Positions 1 through 14,318 are shown, counted from the first letter of the stretch. The stretch is 64,000 nucleotides of DNA from Ylistrum balloti (GCF_031769215.1 NW_026781898.1:310001-374000); one strand, 5' to 3'. The notes: generated from the letters alone by a model not told the origin. Translations and numbers: made by a program.

Positions 1-110
1 GTTTTAGAAGGCAGTTTAACAACACTTCTTGTGGTAAGGGGAGATAACTTTCGGGGACGTAAGGAGACTGACTGACTGTCATTACTTGGTTATGAAAAGA
101 AATTGAAGAA

Positions 111-650
111 GAATGTGTATACAAAATCGGATGCAAGGATTGCGACGCATCATATATCAGAGAAACAGACAGGAGTCGGGGTCCGGCTCAATGAACACGA
201 AAGAAGGCAAGAACTTCACTAGATAAGAGCGAAAACATTCACAGTTCCAGATCATTAAATCTGCACTTACAAATCATTCCACACAGCGAAATCATGTCAT
301 TGACTGGGAAAATAAAAAAAAATAGTCGACAGGGAAAACAACATTTTTTTTCAGACTGGATACGCCGCAGCGGGCCAGTACTGAATAGGACGAGTGGGGT
401 CAAAGACTCTCGCTTATTAAGACCAAGTGTTAAACAAAGCGTAGCCGAATTGACTACAGTACATGGTTACCACCTGGTGTATTATTTTGGTCTATAATCT
501 ATTTACCATCTCGTCACACTATTTTCGACCTTAGTGTTCATAGGATTATAGAGCAGCCGAAAAAGTTGGTCGATCCGTACCATCTCGTACACTACGTACG
601 TCAGTGCTAGTATGCTCAACACTGGTCATTTGTCTGACGAAAGTATATTG
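111..650 (+). mobile_element. Penelope-like retroelement relic (GIY-YIG endonuclease region plus 3' end), frameshifted
   Basis: From 111 it translates as ECVYKIGCKDCDASYIRETDR. After frameshifts it continues ..RLNEH..SALTNHSTQRNH and WIRRSGPVLNR. This matches the PLE GIY-YIG pattern (VYKIxCxxCxxxYIGETGR...NRDxG). It is homologous to 24858-25091 and 62978-63320. Confidence 0.8.
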
Positions 651-840
651 CTGTTTTATACCAATCATAACTTGATTTAAATCAAACTAAACGATTCATT
701 ATCAAAAGTGTACTTCGTCAGAAGGTACATCCATTTTAACGGCTAACCGTCCCCGTTTTATCCCCACTAAGCTGACGTCATAATGGTCGCACACTCGCAA
801 TGTCATTGATGGTACCTAAAAATTACACTTGTTTCACAAG

Positions 841-928
841 GTAGCACTACAGGGACCTGACACGAATTCTCAACGGTTAACATATTAAGTATGGATCGTG
901 GTTTGGGAAACCGTGTCAAGTCCCTGTG
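841..928. mobile_element. Small MITE-like relic with imperfect terminal inverted repeats; a related end is at 4338-4390
   Basis: actacagggacctgacacg (about 847) and cgtgtcaagtccctgtgg (about 912) are imperfect inverted copies. ggtggcactacagggacttgggccgaattctcaacgg at 4338 repeats the left end. Confidence 0.4.
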
Positions 929-1330
929 GATGGACGAATGAATAGACGCACAAGATTCCTCTGACGCCTATCTTCAGCTCACATTAGAAAACTCAATGCT
1001 AAAAAACAGCTGATTGAAGCAAGATCTGTTTCGACGTTACAGGAATGGACAGGTAACACACAGGTGCTTGCTTACGTCACAACCGTCTTCAACACGATGT
1101 ACCTTTAAGTACTTAAGTATCTTCCATGTTCGTATCAATAAAAACTGTTTCGTAGCAAGACATAAGGCTTGAAGAGCCAGTCTCGACAGAAAGCGGGCGT
1201 TATCATACCACGTAGTTTCTGTCGAGTGTTGGGCTGTATCAGTTGCGATGTGACGTGACGCCCCATCAGCTGATTCCTACATATGAAGAATGATATTGAA
1301 GAATTTGTATACTTTACTCACTGGGTCTCA

Positions 1331-2058
1331 ATCACTCCCGTCCGGTGATACATAGCCGAGATCCACCGTTCATACAAAATTGATTCCTCTTTACCCAAGA
1401 ATGCTTTAGGCCAAATTTGGACAACTTCCATGTAATCCTACAGAAGAAAAAGGATTTTAAAAGAATTTATTCTATTTCTCCTTTTTGGCCCTGCCCACCC
1501 GCCCCAAAGGGCCGAAACCAAACGTTTATTAAATACGTATTCCTCTTCATCAATGGATAATTCAAACAAAATATAGACAAAATCCATTCATTCCTACAGG
1601 AAGGGTTGATTCCCCTATTGGGTCCCGCCCCTCTGGCCCCAGGGAGTCGAGACCCATGGTTTATACAAAATTAATTTCTCTTCACCCAAGCATGCTTCAG
1701 ACCCATTTTGGACAATATCCTGCAATTCATGAAGAACAGCATAAATGAATATATTGTTCCCTATTTGGCCCCGCCCCTTTCGTCCCAGAAGCCTTACACC
1801 ACGATACATTCAAAAGTGACTGCTCTTTGCCCAAGCATGCTTCAGACCAAATTTGGACAATATCATGCAATTCTTAAAGAACAAGATATTTTTTATAGAA
1901 GATTTATACAAAACTGATTTATCTTCACCAAATGATGCTTCAGACCAAATTTGCCATTCATGACTAGTTGCATTTTTAAAAAAAAAAAAGTTGATAGACG
2001 ACGGACGCCGCGGTATCCCTGTAACTTACTTGACCCTTCAGGCCAGGTGCCATAAAAA
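1331..2058 (+). mobile_element. Non-autonomous DNA element with degenerate ~150-bp internal subrepeats (Helentron-associated/HINE-like bivalve repeat)
   Basis: The block tacaaaatt..ctcttcacccaagcatgcttcagaccaaatttggacaa recurs at about 1373, 1663, 1830 and 1920. There is a gacgacggacgcc tract at about 1998 and a 3' hairpin-like cttgacccttcaggccagg followed by an A-run. The family assignment is by resemblance only. Confidence 0.45.
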
Positions 2059-3271
2059 GGTGAAAACATTATTACCAGATTCAGTGTACTCCAGTGCCGG
2101 ATTTGGAGTTTACCATCTCAGCATCACATGGGGATGAGAGGAGGTATAGTAGATGTCTATAAAAATACACATAATTAGTGAAACCTTATCAAAATGATTA
2201 GTCACAGAAACAAGCATTGAGGAGTCAATCAACGAAAATACTCCTAAAACAATCTCAAATCAGTTTCCTTATAAGCCAACTTGAATAGACTGGTCTCAGC
2301 ACCGGCTAAATGCTTTCGTATATATGTCAACTATGAATTCCAACGTCAGAATATCTATTGCTTGATTTGACGTGTTAACTAAGTCTAATCAATTTGTAGG
2401 AGTTATTTCCCTTTACTAATAGGAGGTTTTCCTAATCTTTCTCCACTTCAATTTTTAACCATACATTTGAATTTAATATATTGGTCGAAGCTGCCTTCTG
2501 TATGCAAAGTCGTGTTCCATGTTATTTAGTTAAGTTATTTAACCTTCTAAATGAACAGTCTAATTATATTGATTACTAATGCATTTTAATTAGTGAAAGC
2601 CAATGGTATGATTTCAAAGTGTTTCTTTTTTTTAATTTTGTAAAAGGAAGGATAAATGTTGAGAGTTTTAACGTGTAACATTAAAAATGAATGGAGAGCA
2701 GTAGATATATATATAAATTTACACCACCGCTCTCGATTTAGATTTGTATTGGTTTTATGTTCTGTGTTTGTGCTGTAATTTATGTAATATTTGTGTCCAG
2801 ATAAAGGGGCAAGTTGCCTCGAACATTTGACAATTCGCTTGTCCGTACTGTTGCTATTACTTCATTGATCATATATATATCTTCACAGTGCATTTTTTAA
2901 AAACAGTGCATATTTTTATATACTATTTAAACATACAGAAACCAAAACATACCAGATTCTGAAGACTTTGTGCTGTGATGTTATGACATAAATACGATAA
3001 GGGAAAGTTAGATAAAAGAATATAAATCTAACTTAAAGCGACCATAATGTTAAAAAAACACTACGAGAAAACGATATAAAACGCTCTATTTTCCAATAGT
3101 ATGTTACAAAACTAAGACTTTCTGTTAATAACTAAAATTAAAAGTCACTGCAACCATTTTTATTGATATCTCAAAAATAAAGAATGTAAACATTGCGGTC
3201 CTGATCTAATTTATACATTATCGCTCGTAACCCTGATGCTGCATATGCGTATAAGCCTAGAAAGAAGCAAT

Positions 3272-3474
3272 ATGGAGGACGCAAATACGAAAAGGCGACG
3301 CGGACCTTAAAGTTACCTTACAGAAATTGCCAGAAAGCGTAAGAGGAAGGAGTCGGACCAGAAAAGAGGACAGGCAAGAATTTATATTTGACAGGAGATC
3401 GATAGATGGCGAAATATGAAGGAGGACCTTGGACTGAATACGGATTCGGAGTTTGCGAAGTTGCTGCTTGACTG
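3272..3474 (+). pseudogene. Decayed coding exon (frameshift plus in-frame stop), probably transposon-associated
   Basis: MEDANTKRR, then a frameshift to LTEIARKRKRKESDQKRGQARIYI*QEIDRWRNMKEDLGLNTDSEFAKLLLD, followed by a GT donor-like site. Confidence 0.45.
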
Positions 3475-5447
3475 GTTAGCTTAACGTATAACGTATCGGC
3501 CTGTCATTGATTATGATCCAATGTCGAGTGTTTGACGCGTGAGTATGTTATGAACAACACTACTAAAAGTGTTATCTGATAAATGTTGAATGAAAATAGT
3601 TGTGTTATTCGCTTGAATTTACTATCGACAACGTGTGTTTGTTGTTGACTGCAAGGTGGGACCCAATTAGGGGTATTCGTTCTAAGTGTAAAAATATGAC
3701 GGTACTGGTGTTACTGTAAGAATAACAACCGTGATGATAAACATAGCTTTCACAATAAACAGTGCAATATCTATTAATGTGTACAGATAAAGTATAAATT
3801 CCTGTACATTTCTGCACAATGAGTTTTTTCTTTTCCGATTGTATTTACCCCCTTTGGGGCCCACTAGTTTAGCGACCACGATTGACATAGATAATTCTCG
3901 CACGACAAAGCCAAAACAAAACGAATTAATAAGATGGATGGTTAGAAATTATATATTATAACACTATAGAATCATTTACTGCCAACAGGAATTAGCAGAA
4001 AGGCGCAAAAGCAAGTGTCATACATAAGACATGTGTGTTTGTTTACGTCGTAATCTGTTTTTTCTTTGCGGCGGATGTAAATGACTTCATCACGTGACAA
4101 GCCATGTGACCCACTCGGCTTTCTTCGAATTAAACCGAGCGTGAACATGATTATGAACAATAGTTAAGATAAACTATGTTCCGACGCCGAAAATATGTAC
4201 AAAAACAACAAATTTGACGTTATTGGCGCATGTATCGCTTTATTATGGATATATTTTATCATTCATAAGCCGAATTCTCCATTTCCCGATACTGAAATCT
4301 AAGGTAATAGCCGCTTTAAATTAAACTTCTTTCATATGGTGGCACTACAGGGACTTGGGCCGAATTCTCAACGGTAAATGTATTAATAGAAGATAAGTTT
4401 GGTTATCTAGATTTATTTCAATTTATATCAAAATATACTCACGGTGACCTTAACTTTCTACACACGATAAAAACTGTTCTAAATCGAAACATTTTTTTAA
4501 AGTATACGTTGCATATACATGTATCCGGGACTCGGAATTATTACTTGACCGTCATTTGATCGGTACTGTAAAATCAATTTTAGATATATTTGTATATCTT
4601 CTGTTTTTGAAGCAAACTTTTGCTGTTATAACAACACAAAAGTTCGTTTCATGAAATCAACAAATCATAGTTTGTCAAGGAGTGACGTAACCGGAAGTGA
4701 TCTTCAGGACCTAGCTCTGTAGTAATATTCTTTAAAAAAAAAACAGCTACCGTTAGATTTAAACACTTGGATGTTGTGGTTTTTTTCACGCATTCAAATT
4801 CAGAAAATAAAAAAGATATATGACGCATTTATTACGTATGCCGGTCGAGCAGGACAATTCAAGTAGTATTTAAATGGTATCTCTGTCACACCATCACGCT
4901 GTATAAGTAATATGTATCTTTTGCACGGCAATATTCAAATCATTTAAAGGATCATTAGCTCCACACGTACTTTTGGGCTCTTTGTAAAGACAAATTTAAA
5001 AAACACGCTATTCAATCTGATTTGGAACGGTAGGTCTAATCTTGTATGAAGGCCAGCCAGACTATTTCACGTCTTCGAAAATAAACGTTCTTTAAAACAT
5101 CCATTCAAGCATCGAATATATTTATCTGCCGAGTAGAATATATACATACAGGACTGGTAAATACCACGATTTATATTGATCTTTTGTCTATACATTCTCA
5201 ACAGTGGAAATTGCCCGCCTGAAACCATTGAGACATAGACAATCCCTGAAGCAATACACATAACTGTTTAATTTCAAAAGACCTATGAAAATTTGGAACA
5301 ATACCTCGCGTGTGTGATTCTATCGCAGGACTTCGTAGTCAATCGTCGGTATGTACACAGTGGTCGGGTTTTCCTTGTGACATACACTGTTTGGTTCAAC
5401 ATGGATTTAAAATTGTAGATGCTTGTTCAAAAAGTTTAAAAACAAAA

Positions 5448-7592
5448 ATGATCTACTGTTTTGACGACTTTCAGTTAAAACATCTTTGCGATGTCATTGA
5501 AGCTGAGCGCCGGGTCCGAGAAAGGCTTTACAACGAACTGACATGGACAAATGCTTGGTCACCAGGGGGTCGTACTCGGGGTCACAGACCCAGCTCTGGT
5601 AAGAGTCAAAAACAGGCACTGAAGAAACGACCATCATCTGCCCGGAAATACGATGATAGATGCGACTCTGATACATCACGTGACGAAGAATCTCTCGTGA
5701 AATATCGGCCAAGTTCCGCAAGACTTTCACGTGAGAAGGTTAAAGATGTTTCACGACGGAAGCCAAAATCTAATGTTTTGGAAAGTAGGTCTGAAGCATC
5801 GTATGAAGAGCGTCCACGTCTGAAAGACCGACCTCACTCTGCAAGGGAGTCCCGTGAAAAGGTGAAGGATACCGTGAAAAGAAAACCAAGGACACTTGCA
5901 TTCGAAATTGGATCCGAGTCAAAGTCTGTAGCTGTAAAATGGGGTTCAGACCCCCGGAATCTCTCAGTGACTATGGGAGACGGATATGGGAGAAAATCGC
6001 GAGCATCGAAAAATCCGGAACCGGAACATGACAAGTTTGTTATCAGTAACTTTGGAAAAGGGAGCTCATTCAGTGTGGATACAGGAAGAACATCAAAGGA
6101 CCCTACCAACATAACTATTGACAATGTTCGAAGGGGCTCATCCGCTCCTAAGGAAACACTTCGCGTGACCGGAGGAGGCACAAACGTCGTTATTCATAAT
6201 CCAAAAAGACCAGGTCTGCCCAGTAGAGGATCGAATACCATTCATGTAGCAAGCGGAAATTCCGATGTAGTAGTTCACAAACCACACAACCAGGACAGTG
6301 ATTCTAATCAAAGTGACATAATTCGTAAAGAAAGAAAGCCAAAGAGTTCTCTCAAAAAGATAAAGGACACAAGCAGCGATGTTTCTCAGAGATACAGTGT
6401 TATCAAATTTTCTGAAGACACGGGAACCCAAACGGCATGGATGGATACAGACCCAGATCAACAGCCTAATTCCAGTTCCGGTCCTCCTTCCCGGCGTATT
6501 AAATTCATGGGTGAGGATCGAACGCACCGGGAGTATAAAACCGCCTTCGTTGATGACCAGAAACTCGTCCGACCTATGACAGATGATGATATTCCACTCG
6601 TGGTAGAAGTCGTGCAACCTGATGAAGACGACCACGATGATGTAGATGAATACTCGGTACAAGAAAACGACCACAGACCGGAAGTTATACACTATATAGA
6701 TAAAACAGTGCCTGCTAGAGCTATCGAACCGTTCGAGCCAGTATTTATTCAGCCACATCCGGTATGGGAGGTAAGCATTTTTTTCACGAATCGACAGAGG
6801 AGTTTTGGGACATCAGTGCTTATGATATACTTATTTATACCTTAAAGTTATGCAACTACCCGGTTATCACTTTTAAAACATGTATAGGATTTAAAAATAA
6901 GTTTCCGTTTCATATGAAATTTTATGAAACGAGTTTTTAATTTTGTGTGAGCCTCGGGGAACTTCACTGGATAACAGGCGAATTATGTCCTATATCCAGT
7001 AGTATACGTGTATAATGACACTAAGAGGAGCTATGATTGGGTTAAGGTTTCCATTATTAATAAACAAAATCTTACATTCGATTCCATTCCTTGTAAGATG
7101 TATCAAACTAGTCACGAAAATTTCACTGTTATCAGTAAAATGGAATTTGATGAAGAGATATCCTGAAACTCTGATGTTGTCCATATTTCATCGATCAATT
7201 GTACTTCGGAACATTTGATTTTGGGAATTCTAGTTTGAATACATGGCGACTGTGTAACCACAGGTCGAAATTCTATGAATCAGATTAGTTGAGAAATGTC
7301 TTTGTTACATTCTAAATATCTATCAGGGACTGTTTATCCATAGTGTTCGTAACATCCTGGGCTTTTTTTCTAGCCGGAGATCAGAGAAAAACGCCCTGTC
7401 ACTCCGAAGAAGGTGATATCCCGACCGCCCCTCCCCCCGCGTCAGTACCGGCCCCTGGATGTGTATGACCGGAGGAGTGCTGATACCAATGACCGATTCT
7501 TGGTAGTTAAGACTCGGGCTCCGCCGAAGAAACCACCACGCCCACTAATTCACTACCACCAACATGATGACGCTGTTTTCTCTGTGTACTAA
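5448..7592 (+). CDS. Cluster gene G1: exons 5448-6770 and 7374-7592, about 513 aa, disordered Arg/Ser-rich protein with a GAS2-tail-like terminal motif
   Basis: Long ORF with aaaATG at 5448, donor GAG|gtaagc at 6771 and acceptor ttttttctag|CCG at 7373 (phase 0). Exon 2 reads PEIREKRP...RPLDVYDRRSADTNDRFLVVKTR...SVY*, which aligns with the G6 exon-2 motif PVKVYEHKRRTSVDDKFLFIKSR. AATAAA is at 8091. Confidence 0.8.
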
Positions 7593-8136
7593 TGAAAAAC
7601 GTTGCTTTCTCTGTGTAATAGGAAATGGTGTAGACTTCTCTGTGTACATACAAGGAATGATACAATTTCCTCAAACTCACCATTCTCAGCATAAGTTTAC
7701 GGTATAAACAAATGTACTACTTAGTTCTATGTATCTATTGTATCAAAATTGGTTTCTGGGCCGGAATATATCCATAGCAAACGTGAAATTATCTCATTTT
7801 CTTTAGTAATGAGACTTGTCTTATTCAATTTATCGACTAATGTACCATGTAGGTCAGACTAGACAAGATGTCGGAATCCACATACCTGTATTCACAGATT
7901 GGAGCGTATTTAGATATTTAACATGCACACATGTGTTGAACGCATGTAGCTGATGGAGAAATGAAAACGGGACTGAATCCTTTTCTGTTGGAAAAAATGG
8001 GCCAATTTTCATTTCATGTAGAATTATACTGTTCATCGTCCGTTTAAAAGCGACAGAATCAACACAGGACTGATTTTATACAACAAGAATAATAAAGATA
8101 TTATCACTGACTGCTTTATTCCAGAAAGTAGAAGTA

Positions 8137-9303
8137 ATACATAAACTTATATACAACATAAACTTATATACAACATAAACTTATATACAACATAAACTTA
8201 TATACAACATAAACTTATATACAACATGAAACTGATATACAACATAAAACTTATATACAACATAAACTTATATACAACATGAAACTGATATACAACATAA
8301 ACTGATATACAACATAAAACTTATATACAACATAAACTTATATACAACATAAAACTGATATACAACATAAACTGATATACAACATAAACTTATATACAAC
8401 ATAAACTTATATACAACATGAAACTGATATACAACATAAACTATATACAACATAAACTTATATACAACATGAAACTGATATACAACATAAACTATATACA
8501 ACATAAACTGTATATACAACATAAACTGATATACAACATAAAACTGTTATACAACATAAACTGATATACAACATAAAACTTATATACAACATAAACTTAT
8601 ATACAACATAAAACTTATATACAACATAAACTTATATACAACATAAACTTATATACAACATAAAAATTATATACAACATAAACTTATATACAACATAAAC
8701 TTATGTACAACATAAAACTTATATACAACATAAACTTATATACAACATAATACTTATATACAACATAAACTTATATACAACATGAAACTGATATACAACA
8801 TAAACTTATATATACAACATAAACGTATATACAACATAAACTTATATACAACATAAACTGATATACAACATAAAACTGTTATACAACATAAAACTGATAT
8901 ACAACATAAACTTATATACAACATAAACTTATATACAACATAAAACTGTTATACAACATAAACTTATATACAACATAAACTGTTATACAACATAAACTGA
9001 TATACAACATAAAACTTATATACAACATAAACTGATATACAACATAAACTGATATACAACATAAACTTATATACAACATAAACTGATATACAACATAAAC
9101 TTATATACAACATAAACTGATATACAACATAAACTGATATACAACATAAAACTTATATACAACATAAACGTATATACAACATAAACTTATATACAACATA
9201 AACTGATATACAACATAAACTTATATACAACATAAACTGATATACAACATAAACTGATATACAACATAAAACTGTTATACAACATAAAACTGTTATACAA
9301 CAT
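8137..9303. repeat. Minisatellite, ~17-bp unit AAACTTATATACAACAT (roughly 65-70 copies)
   Basis: Directly visible tandem array with 16-19-bp variants; it contains very little G on the + strand. Confidence 0.97.
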
Positions 9304-10134
9304 ATGCAATTAGTGGCATGCTTACAACTATTTTAGTACTACGAGATAAATATGTATGTTATTTTTACTGTATCGGTACCCTTGTTTCTAGTTGGTGTTG
9401 GGAACTCTTTGAAAAGACAAGGGTCCCTGTTGTTGTCCCCTTTTAAGGGTTAAAATCGGTTCCCGCTAAATTCGTACAAGGATATTTATAGAAGATATAC
9501 AGAGAGTGTAAAACATAGATAGTTGTTAGTATTGAATAAGTTGTTTATTATCTACAGACACCGCCAATAAAAAAACATTCTGAAGATACCAAATGTCGAC
9601 AGTAAATATGTAGCAATGTATCCCCATGGCTTTGACATTCATGGTTTTTGTAACTGATTCATTATCACTTTATATACGAAACGTTAAAGAGTAATGAAAA
9701 AAAAACTGATATAGAGAAAATTTAGAAACATTCAGGGACGACGAAATCCCGGAAAAAGCTTTCGATTTTGAACGCGTTCAACCTCAGGTTGTTTCATACG
9801 CAGTTTTATTATTATCATTATTTGTAAACTATAAAGCTGGAAATATACCAAACAAACTAGAAAACCTAACACTATATAACATGATAAGTATTATGTCATT
9901 GAATATGTTCAATTAAACAAGAAATGCTGTACTTAGAATGATTTCTGAGTTTGTCTTTGTTTAGTAGGATTCTGCATTCTGTGTGAGACAAAGTAGTCAT
10001 TTAATCAACACTTCGTGTAAAATACTAATTTCCACCTATGTTTGTCAACCTCAATCCAATGACGTCACACCGACAGGATGTTGTGGAATGAATGCTGAGC
10101 AATGCCGACAAGATGTGTGTTGTTAACTGGAAGA

Positions 10135-10982
10135 TGTGTGTCGCTAAGGGTCGGAATCCCATGGTTTGTAGACAAAATGTGTGTCGCTGAGGGTCGGAAT
10201 CCCATGGTTTGTAGACAGAATGTGTGTCGCTGAGGGTCGGAATCCCATGGTTTGTAGACAAAATGTGTGTCTCTGAGGGTCGGAATCTCGATGTTTGTTG
10301 ACAAAATGTGTGTCACTGAGAGTCGGAATCCCGAGGTTTGTAGACAAAATATGTGTCGCTGAGGGTCGGAATCTCGAGGTTTGTAGACAAAATGTGTGTC
10401 GTGAGGGTCGGAATCCCGAGGATTGTAGACAAACTGTGTCGCTGAGGGTCGGAATCTCGAGGTTTGTAGACAAAATGTGTGTCGCTGAGGGTCGGAATCT
10501 CGAGGTTTGTAGACAAACTGTGTGTCGCTGAGGGTCGGAATCTCGAGGTTTGTAGACAAACTGTGTGTCGCTGAGGGTCGGAATCTCGAGGTTTGTAGAC
10601 AAAATGTGTGTCGCTGAGGGTCGGAATCTCGAGGTTTGTAGACAAACAGTGTGTCGCTGAGGGTCGGAATCTCGAGGTTTGAAGACAAACTGTGTGTCGC
10701 TGAGGGTCGGAATCCCGAGGTTTGTAGACAAACTGTGCGTCGCTGAGGGTCGGAATCTCGAGGTTTGTAGACAAAATGTGTGTCGCTGAGGGTCGAAATC
10801 CCGAGGTTTGTAGACAAAATGTGTGTCGCCGAGGGTCGGAATCTCGAGGTTTGTAGACAAACTGTGTGTCGCTGAGGGTCGAAATCTCGAGGTTTGTAGA
10901 CAAAATGTGTGTCGCTGAGGGTCGAAATCCCGAGGTTTGTAGATAAAATGTGTGTCGCTGAGGGTCGGAATCCCATGGTTTG
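10135..10982. repeat. Minisatellite, 43-bp CpG-rich unit gtgtgtcgctgagggtcggaatctcgaggtttgtagacaaaat (~20 copies)
   Basis: Directly visible tandem array. It explains the overlapping repetitive ORFs at 10025-11029. Confidence 0.97.
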
Positions 10983-13900
10983 CTGACAAGTTGAATATCG
11001 TTTAAAAATGACTTCAGTGAATTAATCAACGACCACTTCCTGATAATTCGGGACTCGTTTGTAAAACAAGCATGTTAAGGAGAAAGGAGACGGTATATGC
11101 TATGCTCACATACGGAGTTTAACAAATAATACATGGTATAGAAGTCGCAATTCTTTACAATCTTGGGTCATGTCACGGGTGCACATAATGTAACCAGACA
11201 CACATTCAACGATTTTATCATTCCACAGACCAACAATATGTGACATAATGTGTAGTGCTCTCCCGTGGTATTGATTTAGCCTCCTTCCGGAATTGTTTAA
11301 TTAACAATACATGATGATCAGTGTTTAGTCAATAGTGGTTATTTTTATCGACGTAGTTGTTTACAGACTCACCGGCAAATAAAATATTGACATTTGAATA
11401 TAATGAATTTGTCTCTCAATGCTATTTTAGCTTCGTCAGTCTGCCGGTTGACTGTTCCGCCATTAAATGTCAGGTAGAACACAATTGTTCTGTACAAAAT
11501 CAGAAAGCATCACACGTATAGGAATATGTCAAAAAGACCAATACAAACGATACGACGAACGACAAGGCGAAAACACCGTTCACGAAGGTCTCATGAGAAC
11601 GAATGTCAGGGGAGACAACAGACAAAAATGCAACTTAACATTTGCCAACGAACATCAAGGGAGATAACCAGGAAGTCACGTTATGACCAAAAGCAAAGAA
11701 GCCATTACATACGTACATAAATACATTATTGCGAATTCCATGCATGACAGGTGCTAAGGGAGATAACTATTTGACACTGATCGATCAAATGATATAACGG
11801 TGCTTGAGACGAAATATTACTTTTTTGAAACAATATTGTTCAGTTTAGTGTAAATCAGGACGAAAACTTAAACACGTCTATAGGTGCTTCAGACAGAATT
11901 ATCATAATCCATTCCTGGAGAACGGAAATACCATTAGCGTCAGCAGTTTTCTTTAAGGAAAGATGGCGTTATAGATTTTGTATGCGAAAGGTATATCAAA
12001 CGCCACATGTACATAATGAATGTAAACTCTCGGTACAACAGCATGTGTGGTACACTGTTTATCTTTAAAAAAAAATTAACACCGTGTTAATTTATGGACA
12101 CTGTTCAATAGGGACACGCACGTGCCATCTCCGAAGCGACCAGACTGGGGGTAGTTTAGTTGTGTATTCTCGTTGACTGAACTCTAAACTAGCTAAAATC
12201 AACCAGTATCAGTATAAGCAATCGGTGGAAACCACGTGTCCCCAGCTGTGAGTGGCACCCGTCATAAACATGGTCACTAGGAAGGCAAGATTGCATTCAG
12301 CGGTCACATGCACGTGCGATCACGTGATAACAAGATAAGATGGTGGATAAGCATTGCCGAATGCTTAAATTCTTTGACATTTCTTAAATATATTGTCAAA
12401 TATTGCTCCAAGGTACTGTCTCATTTGTATTTTGAAGCCACATGTCATCAAGACGCCGTCCAGTAGGCCGAGTTCACTGGACTGATTGCCATTAGTGAGA
12501 TTTCGCTAACTTCAATCTACTGAATTAAGGACCAAATAAATAAAAAAAAACCCCGTTTACTTTGATCCTGTTCAGATGACTTATAAAGTCAAACTCCAAT
12601 GACTATTTTCATTTAACTAGACTGTTCTGTATTTATATCAAATATTTATAGGTTGTGGTTTCTAAATCGATTGTGATATTTCTGCCGGTAGATTGATGAT
12701 AAAGCCTCTTGCGAATTGATGGTTTACATGACATAGTGACGTAATGTTATTGATGTTAGCTACACAGACATTTCCGTACACATCATTTTATCTTATCGTC
12801 AATAGAATATCGGTTATAATGATAAAGGGCTTCTCTAGCTATCGGTGCCCCATCAGCTGTCCTGATGTACGAAAGATGACAGTTCAGAACGTCGTCCTAT
12901 GAAACGGAGACATGCACGTTAAACATACAATCAATGTCTTTGTGAACATTGGCATTTTCGGTTGATTACGTCGTTGCTATAAGCAATGCCTGCTTTATTT
13001 AATGACAAATTTAATTAAGTATTCAAAGTGTTATTTCTCCAAGAAAATGTGACATAGAATACTCAACATTACAGTTTGTTACGAACATGGTGTTATAATG
13101 ATATATTAAGTATATACCATTATTTTGATCAGATTTGTTAATGACGTCATAAACAATGGTTTGATGTCGCAAAATGACACTGATTTCGTGTGAGGAAAAT
13201 AACAGCAGCTTGATACGATGTTTACTAGATACATTAAATGTACATAACGCTTATCCCACCAATACATGCATATAACAACTGATCTAAAGAAAGATAAATC
13301 AATCTATGTATTAAAGACGAGTATATGTGACAATGGCTTTAAGAAACATCTGTTATAATCAGTATGACCTTATCAATGTGCCCCATCAGAATGCACTATT
13401 CTTATACAGATAATAATTTTATACCTATATATTATTTACTTGTATATATGTATAGACAAGCTATATTGATATAATTTCTATTCAAATGTAAAAATACAGG
13501 CAGTTCAGACGATTTAAGGTCTTGTAGAAATACAAATACATGAAACTTAGTATGTTGTAGTGAATCGTGACGGGTTTTTTTACAGCAGTGTACAACACTA
13601 ACGCCGGTATATATATTGTGTGTATTTGTAAGTAGGCCTATAGCTAACGGTTTATATTACAAGACCGTCTTGACTTCTCTGATAAGGTTCCAATAAAAAA
13701 GATTACAATTGTTTGTGCTAGCTTACCTACCTGGGGAAATTAATCTAACCGAATTACGACCGTATCAACAGTAAACTCGTTTATGGAGAAAATATGCAAA
13801 TAACATATTTCAGTCACGAAAAAATTGATTTCCTGTCGTAGTGGCCGTGGAGGATATTTTATGTATCAAAGCAAGACTCAAAGTGTTGTTGATGTTGGAA

Positions 13901-14318
13901 CGGATTGTCATTTACCTACCCACAGGTGAAGTAGTCAATTACGGTATAGGTGAGGGCATACACAGGTGCGTATATTGTGTACATCCGTCACTTGTTTGTG
14001 CTACACGGAACGTTTATAGAATCTCACGTTTTAAACCATATGGGTCATTAGTGGAATGTACAATGTATTATATATATACGTAGAAGCTTAGGTTGATAGC
14101 TGTATAAGGTCTCCCTGCTGGTTTAAATCATAGGAACTGTTAAGTATTATTGGACAACGAGATATACTTGGACAACAGGTGTGATATATATGTTTGCACG
14201 CGTGTTGGATTGTCTACCTGGTCAGTTTAAGGTGAATGTTTAAAACTAACAACCTCGGTCTGTAGTGGTTTGATACCGGCCGGACATGAGTTACAAGTGT
14301 TAACTATCTGGTAACATA

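Noticed and set aside
1165-1200. Hammerhead-ribozyme-like string (ttgaaga...gaaa) near the PLE relic
   Set aside because: The core is not CUGAnGA and I could not form the required stems.
5310-5447. GTG start for G1 in the ORF track
   Set aside because: In a eukaryotic context the first ATG (5448, A at -3) is preferred. The ORF tail beyond 6770 is intron read-through.
5494-6758. Antisense or alternative-frame ORFs over cluster exons (also 14381-14852, 21612-21890, 32201-32974, 38656-39094)
   Set aside because: They are shadow ORFs of real coding exons with no independent homology.
10025-11029. Multiple 238-303-aa ORFs
   Set aside because: They are translations of the 43-bp minisatellite, open in several frames, with no splice or start context.
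11467-11720. Short basic ORFs as a possible eighth paralog
   Set aside because: They have none of the family motifs and no matching donor plus terminal exon.
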